In this document: piece after piece, positions 62,801 to 64,000 of the stretch
Position numbering within the stretch: position 1 is the first letter of the stretch
Layout: every line of letters starts with the position of its first letter
NCBI GenBank assembly: GCA_002633005.1
Contig: NMRA01000373.1
Location: 124,001 to 188,000, forward strand
Direction of reading: 5' to 3'
DNA: 64,000 nucleotides
Source: Phoronis australis
Lineage: Eukaryota > Animalia > Phoronida
The notes under the pieces: generated by a model
Told to the model about the DNA's origin: nothing
The model's database searches: none
The model's input: the letters and a program-made list of their open reading frames with translations, nothing else
Program-made: the position numbers and the translations under genes

Positions 62801-63092
62801 CTACACACATAACCGTTCAACACAACCTTAAGGGTACATAAAGGCATTATTTTGCTCAGAATGACAGCCTGTGAGAATGCTCCGTCAGCATTTATTTATA
62901 GGGGTTAAAAATCAAACAAATTTGTTTTGGAGCTCAGTACCTGGCAAGATAACAGAAATTTTAGTCACTCTTGGAGGAGTCTTCTCCACTGTAAAATTTC
63001 TCCACCGTGTGGTTTGCTCGAGGCATTTTTTTAAGTTGATACCCTTGCCTGGCGGAAAACACAGACAATTCGTCTCCCACATTCCATTAAAC
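5642..63092 (-). CDS. PKD1-like: Polycystin-1 (PKD1/REJ/PKD1L) family 11-TM receptor-channel gene, 41 traced coding exons, about 3,730 aa, 5'-partial
   Basis: Exons are bounded by GT/AG and all join in compatible phase (summed length 11182 nt). They encode PKD repeats (WDFGDG), REJ (NEPP..C.ISP..G), GPS (CHCNHL|TSF), PLAT (YEITLWTG..GTTAKV; VWHDNSGKSPSW), the DGHLWFSV..PRSTFTRVQRVTCC motif, TOP (RLRQLR; WLDLHTRAVFVEF) and channel helices (KLLKLLRFN; LINLMLSMINESF). The exact paralogue cannot be resolved without phylogeny. Confidence 0.95.
6354..6430 (-). CDS. PKD1-like exon: C-tail (FKQMIGFGG...YYD)
   Basis: cag acceptor, GTAAGT donor; phase 2 to 1 bridges S6 and the terminal exon. Confidence 0.85.
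6693..6888 (-). CDS. PKD1-like exon: S6 (PVLGRAFF...LINLMLSMINESF...QSNEYEIVDFI)
   Basis: cag acceptor, GTAAGT donor. Confidence 0.95.
6955..7385. repeat. 72-bp intronic minisatellite (about 6 units)
   Basis: Unit cactgcacctcccccgggctgctactacaactcactcatcagcaacactcc...; caactcac recurs at 7012, 7085 and 7157. Confidence 0.92.
7386..7641 (-). CDS. PKD1-like exon: S4-S5 and pore helix (KLLKLLRFNKKM...AYAQLAYLCF...TLLVMLL)
   Basis: cag acceptor, GTGAGT donor. Confidence 0.96.
9530..9688 (-). CDS. PKD1-like exon: S3 (SWNIVE...NFQYAVLWDE)
   Basis: cag acceptor, GTAATC donor; not in the ORF track. Confidence 0.94.
9908..9954. repeat. 21-bp tandem repeat
   Basis: tttcctcttttttggtttcaa about 2.2 copies. 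Confidence 0.75.
10365..10489 (-). mobile_element. Terminal fragment of Kolobok-like family A
   Basis: Matches 301-415 and 36095-36223 (tttctcaccttcctcacaggttaacgcgacacctc...ggcattctcctt). Confidence 0.8.
10625..10788 (-). CDS. PKD1-like exon: S2 (RLDRYVG...EIKKM...EYFK)
   Basis: cag acceptor, GTGCAT donor. Confidence 0.94.
11214..11495 (-). CDS. PKD1-like exon: TOP domain (YGGGGYVAELG...WLDLHTRAVFVEF..YN.N.NL)
   Basis: tag acceptor, GTAATT donor, polycystin signature. Confidence 0.97.
12551..12670 (-). CDS. PKD1-like exon: TOP domain (SCIVPNVM...ECRSGY..ED...YGTGW)
   Basis: tag acceptor, GTATTC donor, conserved Cys pair; not in the ORF track. Confidence 0.93.
13367..13532 (-). CDS. PKD1-like exon: TOP domain (FWQWM...LPGLY...GVARLRQLRI)
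   Basis: cag acceptor, GTTAGT donor. Confidence 0.95.
13685..13848 (-). mobile_element. tRNA-derived SINE relic
   Basis: Minus strand gtggctcagtagtcagag (A box) ... gggttcaaatctt (B box), followed by a core-like segment; no cloverleaf acceptor stem. Confidence 0.6.
14099..15459 (-). mobile_element. DINE-1/HINE-like (Helentron-associated) element copy A
   Basis: On the minus strand it starts TTTTTATGCGCCCAC with a hairpin and ends CTCTTGTT; subterminal inverted repeat; central about 150-bp repeats. Confidence 0.8.
16063..16267 (-). CDS. PKD1-like exon: TM6/S1 (KEIKMQAIVREIVFYILF...YSNRDP)
   Basis: cag acceptor, GTTGGT donor, conserved motif. Confidence 0.95.
17055..17272 (-). CDS. PKD1-like exon (VLILALFYALVIKRP...PPDEELLKEARAT)
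   Basis: cag acceptor, GTGAAG donor, conserved PP...L..AR motif. Confidence 0.93.
17795..18682 (-). CDS. PKD1-like exon: TM2-TM5 and intracellular loop
   Basis: DGHLWFSV..PPRSTFTRVQRVTCC, LPWW, SIFFTQPIK; tag acceptor, GTAATT donor. Confidence 0.97.
19347..19479 (-). CDS. PKD1-like exon: PLAT C-half
   Basis: VWHDNSGKSPSWF...FICDQWLAVEEDDG; aag acceptor, GTAATT donor. Confidence 0.95.
19910..20154 (-). CDS. PKD1-like exon: PLAT N-half
   Basis: PLPDN...YEITLWTG...GTTAKV...RGAIDSF...SLGKLSHL; cag acceptor, GTAGGA donor. Confidence 0.96.
20702..20926 (-). CDS. PKD1-like exon: GPS cleavage site (THCHCNHL|TSFASSFYVPMN) and TM1
   Basis: cag acceptor, GTGAGA donor, canonical GPS; TM followed by WARYADKKD. 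Confidence 0.96.
22700..22895 (-). CDS. PKD1-like exon: first half of GPS (NYSVQVFSAACQYFD...WSTEGCQ)
   Basis: cag acceptor, GTAGGC donor, GPS C..W...GC; not in the ORF track. Confidence 0.95.
23922..24493 (-). CDS. PKD1-like exon with Thr/Ser/Asn-rich insert
   Basis: tag acceptor, GTAAGT donor; ORF 23918..24475. Confidence 0.9.
24792..24944 (-). CDS. PKD1-like exon: GAIN (NPFTFS...ITSGVISM...VKDL..IEVFI)
   Basis: tag acceptor, GTACCC donor, conserved NPF motif. Confidence 0.93.
25214..25462 (-). CDS. PKD1-like exon: GAIN (VIGETATTIESKSL...FILP)
   Basis: cag acceptor, GTACGT donor; within ORF 25154..25462. Confidence 0.9.
26085..26187. repeat. Dispersed repeat (inverted partner at about 33729-33830)
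   Basis: gagaaaaccacaaacctttgtttggc is the reverse complement of gccaaacaaaggtttgtggttttctc; the flanks also align. Confidence 0.7.
27625..27698 (-). CDS. PKD1-like exon (GNLINCARYSL...IEIE)
   Basis: tag acceptor, GTAAGA donor; phase 1 to 0 is needed to restore the frame. Confidence 0.8.
27986..28103 (-). CDS. PKD1-like exon (KKLHGLYDSLLEHL...LLTSFT)
   Basis: cag acceptor, GTTTGG donor, phase 0 to 1. Confidence 0.82.
28768..28896 (-). CDS. PKD1-like exon (ILDICSDAIF...ISRKSQ)
   Basis: cag acceptor, GTTGTA donor, open 43 codons, phase 0 to 0. Confidence 0.78.
29528..29616. repeat. (TG)n-type compound microsatellite
   Basis: gtgtgtgt/gcat/atat runs. Confidence 0.9.
30340..30540 (-). CDS. 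PKD1-like exon: REJ/GAIN helical region
   Basis: aag acceptor, GTGTGT donor, phase 0 to 0; within ORF 30310..30537. Confidence 0.85.
31596..31726 (-). CDS. PKD1-like exon: REJ (LPAGLESNNH...VRVIDSIGS)
   Basis: cag acceptor, GTAATG donor, LPxG...V.V.D..G motif. Confidence 0.92.
32500..33620 (-). mobile_element. Old, diverged HINE-like copy (boundaries approximate)
   Basis: Degenerate versions of the central-repeat motifs (ccattaaatggcgc, gccaaatttcagaaaaatcc, gaagatacagaggc). Confidence 0.45.
34123..34323 (-). CDS. PKD1-like exon: REJ (VNEPPSTKDHKCTISPHEGIALNTTFAIECDGFQDEDRPF)
   Basis: cag acceptor, GTGAGT donor, classic REJ motif; not in the ORF track. Confidence 0.93.
35651..36223 (-). 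mobile_element. Kolobok-like THAP element family A, internally deleted copy with both ends
   Basis: TTAA at 35647-35650 and 36224-36227; short TIRs AGGAGAAAGCCAACC / AGGAGAATGACACCC; THAP remnant RCIVPACPNYE..GISFFRLP*EAVMLRKWL...VCGQHF. Confidence 0.85.
36539..37830 (-). mobile_element. DINE-1/HINE-like element copy B
   Basis: Same termini; GTCC/GTCT microsatellite (37740-37785); subTIR ATGCGCCC; central tandem repeats. Confidence 0.85.
38806..39017 (-). CDS. PKD1-like exon: REJ (WDIISK...TGITGSDLALDPFVF)
   Basis: aag acceptor, GTAAAG donor; within ORF 38747..39073. Confidence 0.9.
39283..40099 (-). mobile_element. Diverged HINE-like element
   Basis: aagaccaacgcaaagcattgaaatgtac at one end and gacgacagacaga...gtaaaaa at the other resemble the termini of copies A-C. 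Confidence 0.45.
40289..40387 (-). CDS. PKD1-like exon: REJ (LVANKRQKLNPRQKL...YTYR)
   Basis: cag acceptor, GTAACT donor; phase 2 to 2 bridges its neighbours; KLNP..KL and Y.W motifs. Confidence 0.82.
42015..42222 (-). CDS. PKD1-like exon: REJ (YEILVEARKDDR...GDPPEVSI)
   Basis: aag acceptor, GTAAGA donor, REJ motif. Confidence 0.9.
42515..45385 (-). CDS. PKD1-like giant exon (2871 bp): tandem PKD repeats and start of REJ
   Basis: 958-aa ORF with repeated WDFGDG/DFDDG/WNFLDG, HxYxxPGxYxV and NxVS motifs, then REJ (LDYGLYKF; LDAYTTSYDPD); cag acceptor, GTCAGT donor. Confidence 0.97.
45774..45900 (-). CDS. PKD1-like exon: C-part of discoidin-like module (AKFVIMVPLGFHESPSFRLEVYA)
   Basis: cag acceptor, GTATGT donor; matches the ARYIR.P....LRLELYG type ending. 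Confidence 0.85.
46985..47113 (-). CDS. PKD1-like exon: discoidin/F5-8C-like core (IYKIIVQGDSFSSWLTQFRLWWSIDNLTW)
   Basis: cag acceptor, GTACCT donor; I.xQG...W.T.F.L..S.D..W pattern. Confidence 0.85.
48051..48183. repeat. 64-bp near-perfect tandem duplication
   Basis: cagctctctaaaaccaaccaatccattgtttgaaaaga.gctttaccccagtcctg.atgcagt occurs twice. Confidence 0.9.
48350..48497 (-). mobile_element. tRNA-derived SINE relic
   Basis: Minus strand ctcagtggttag...ggtcgtgggttcaatccc, then tgtgcccatgtgcaaggcaattg...agtccac. Confidence 0.65.
48553..48692 (-). CDS. PKD1-like exon: N-part of discoidin/F5-8C-like module (GDVMPKSKLSIVTSS...SLK)
   Basis: Pyrimidine tract plus cag acceptor, GTAATC donor, phase 1 to 0. 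Confidence 0.72.
49315..50601 (-). mobile_element. DINE-1/HINE-like element copy C
   Basis: aacaagagcaacgc at one end and ccacatataaatacgtgggcatataaaaa at the other; homologous to copies A and B. Confidence 0.82.
51737..51883 (-). CDS. PKD1-like exon: PAN/apple-like Cys core (ESCFKECLLEEKCFGISMDDNNTCSL)
   Basis: cag acceptor, GTAAGT donor; C-x3-C-x5-C-x10-C-x-L pattern. Confidence 0.82.
51962..52282. mobile_element. Tc1/mariner (pogo-like) MITE
   Basis: About 26-bp imperfect TIRs (caacggagtccgcttaatgtcatacc / ggcatgaccttaagtgggctccgctg) flanked by TA on both sides. Confidence 0.7.
52611..52715 (-). CDS. PKD1-like exon: start of PAN/apple-like module (NHALVAHSLRTYGNQTV)
   Basis: cag acceptor, GTGAGA donor, phase 1 to 1. 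Confidence 0.75.
53459..53515 (-). CDS. PKD1-like exon (GTNTKVFIDLGDGQNRSLA)
   Basis: tag acceptor, GTAAGT donor, PKD core DLGDG. Confidence 0.88.
54064..54172 (-). CDS. PKD1-like exon (RNITIEDRVEGLDV...ISS)
   Basis: cag acceptor, GTATAT donor, phase 0 to 1; PKD linker motif IEDRVEGL. Confidence 0.88.
54725..54921 (-). CDS. PKD1-like exon: PKD repeat (YWGDGS...HMYTLPG...AANNVS)
   Basis: tag acceptor, GTAAGT donor, canonical PKD motifs. Confidence 0.93.
55898..56549 (-). CDS. PKD1-like exon: Cys-rich module (IYRPLCQEGFAFCYKAMACLPSSLLC...VKKGD) and end of a PKD domain
   Basis: tag acceptor, GTAAAA donor; overlaps ORF 55842..56501. Confidence 0.92.
58272..58447 (-). CDS. PKD1-like exon (VPVTVLMPNRMFSHNGIIAAI...SVQ)
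   Basis: cag acceptor, GTAAGT donor, phase 1 to 0; resembles the human PC1 segment following the C-type lectin. Confidence 0.85.
59213..59238. repeat. Poly-C tract containing an ambiguous base
   Basis: About 25 C residues with one n. Confidence 0.9.
60893..61151. mobile_element. MITE-like element with about 30-bp terminal inverted repeats
   Basis: tcataaagtcggtctcataa at the left and ttataagaccgactttatga at the right. Confidence 0.6.
61416..61655 (-). CDS. PKD1-like exon: start of a PKD-type domain (VDLECPNFV...GGTSVELKFDWGE)
   Basis: cag acceptor, GTAAGC donor, PKD-like DWG motif. Confidence 0.85.
62941..63092 (-). CDS. PKD1-like exon (most 5' traced; FNGMWETNCLC...VTKISVILP)
   Basis: tag acceptor and GTACTG donor; only one frame is open; phase-1 end joins the next exon to give ILPGRHSL. 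No recognisable domain motif. Confidence 0.6.
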
Positions 63093-64000
63093 CTACAAAG
63101 AAAACCAAGATTTTTCATGCAGTAGTGTAGGCTCATTATACATCACTAGCTAGCTACATTTCGACAGTGCTAATTTTTTACTTTGTTGATAGAATGTTTA
63201 AAAACATTTTGTCAGTGAGGCCGGCGTTAAGATCCACGACAGATCTAAAGGAGTCGCGCTCAGGCTAATTTGAACCATAGAAACTCTAGCCGAGAAAAAG
63301 CATGCTGATATTGACCAATCTGTTGCTTTCAACGGCACATTTATCGAACTGTGGGCACTTTTCAGTACAGTTGCATTTCAATTAAGCTATCGCTATTATA
63401 AACTCAAACATGAATTTCATAAGATAAAGCAAAGTGGAATTGCCTGGCATCTTTTGTAAATCACTTCACTTAATTTTCCTTAAGCATCATAATTTATCCC
63501 ACGCGCGTTGAATCTGTCGAGGGAAATACGGCCATGTAATAAAGTTTTCCGTATTCACCTCTCGCACTACTTCAACAGCGACTTCTGACATGGAAAGTTC
63601 AAAAGGTAGGTCAACTTATGTCGACTCGATGTCTTCAGCCGGTTCGATCATCAAACTTTCCGAATATTCGGTCTTGGTCGATACGTGGAATAAGGTCTCG
63701 TGCGATATTACTTCATGTACGCCACTCTCGGTACGTTTTGTGTATATATAACGCCCCACTTGTAAGAGGCAAGCACAAAAATACGACATATATAATGCAA
63801 TTTTTCTACGAAAGTTTTTGTTATCGGTTTGAAGAATATGTCTAGGCTCATGCACTTTAGGGCCAAAATGTCACCATTTAAACACAGAAATTATTAATAT
63901 GTGGGGGAACATCTGTAACAGGCAAGAACAAACGTGAGGCACGTATAATGCATTATTGCTATAAAAGATTCTTGGTACAATGTTTCCCAAGTCATTAGTA

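Overview
This is eukaryotic, AT-rich, intron-rich genomic DNA, most likely from a marine invertebrate metazoan; the taxon cannot be determined from sequence alone. Almost the whole window (5642-63092, minus strand) is one large polycystin-1 (PKD1/REJ) family gene. By hand I traced 41 GT-AG-bounded, phase-compatible coding exons, about 11.2 kb or about 3,730 codons. The start codon and signal peptide are not identifiable and probably lie beyond 64000. Domain order: PKD repeats with a nested human-PC1-like Cys-rich module; a PKD repeat interrupted by PAN/apple-like and discoidin (F5/8C)-like modules; a 2.9 kb exon of PKD repeats; REJ; GAIN/GPS with an intact HL|T site; TM1; PLAT; further TM segments; the TOP domain; the channel domain; and a short C-tail. 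Introns and flanks carry non-autonomous DNA transposons: THAP-bearing Kolobok-like elements at TTAA, DINE-1/HINE-like elements whose central repeats are arrays of CTCF-consensus-like motifs, small MITEs, tRNA-derived SINE relics and minisatellites. I found no prokaryotic features, CRISPR arrays, rRNA or intact tRNA genes. All domain and repeat-family calls come from motif recognition, not database searches.
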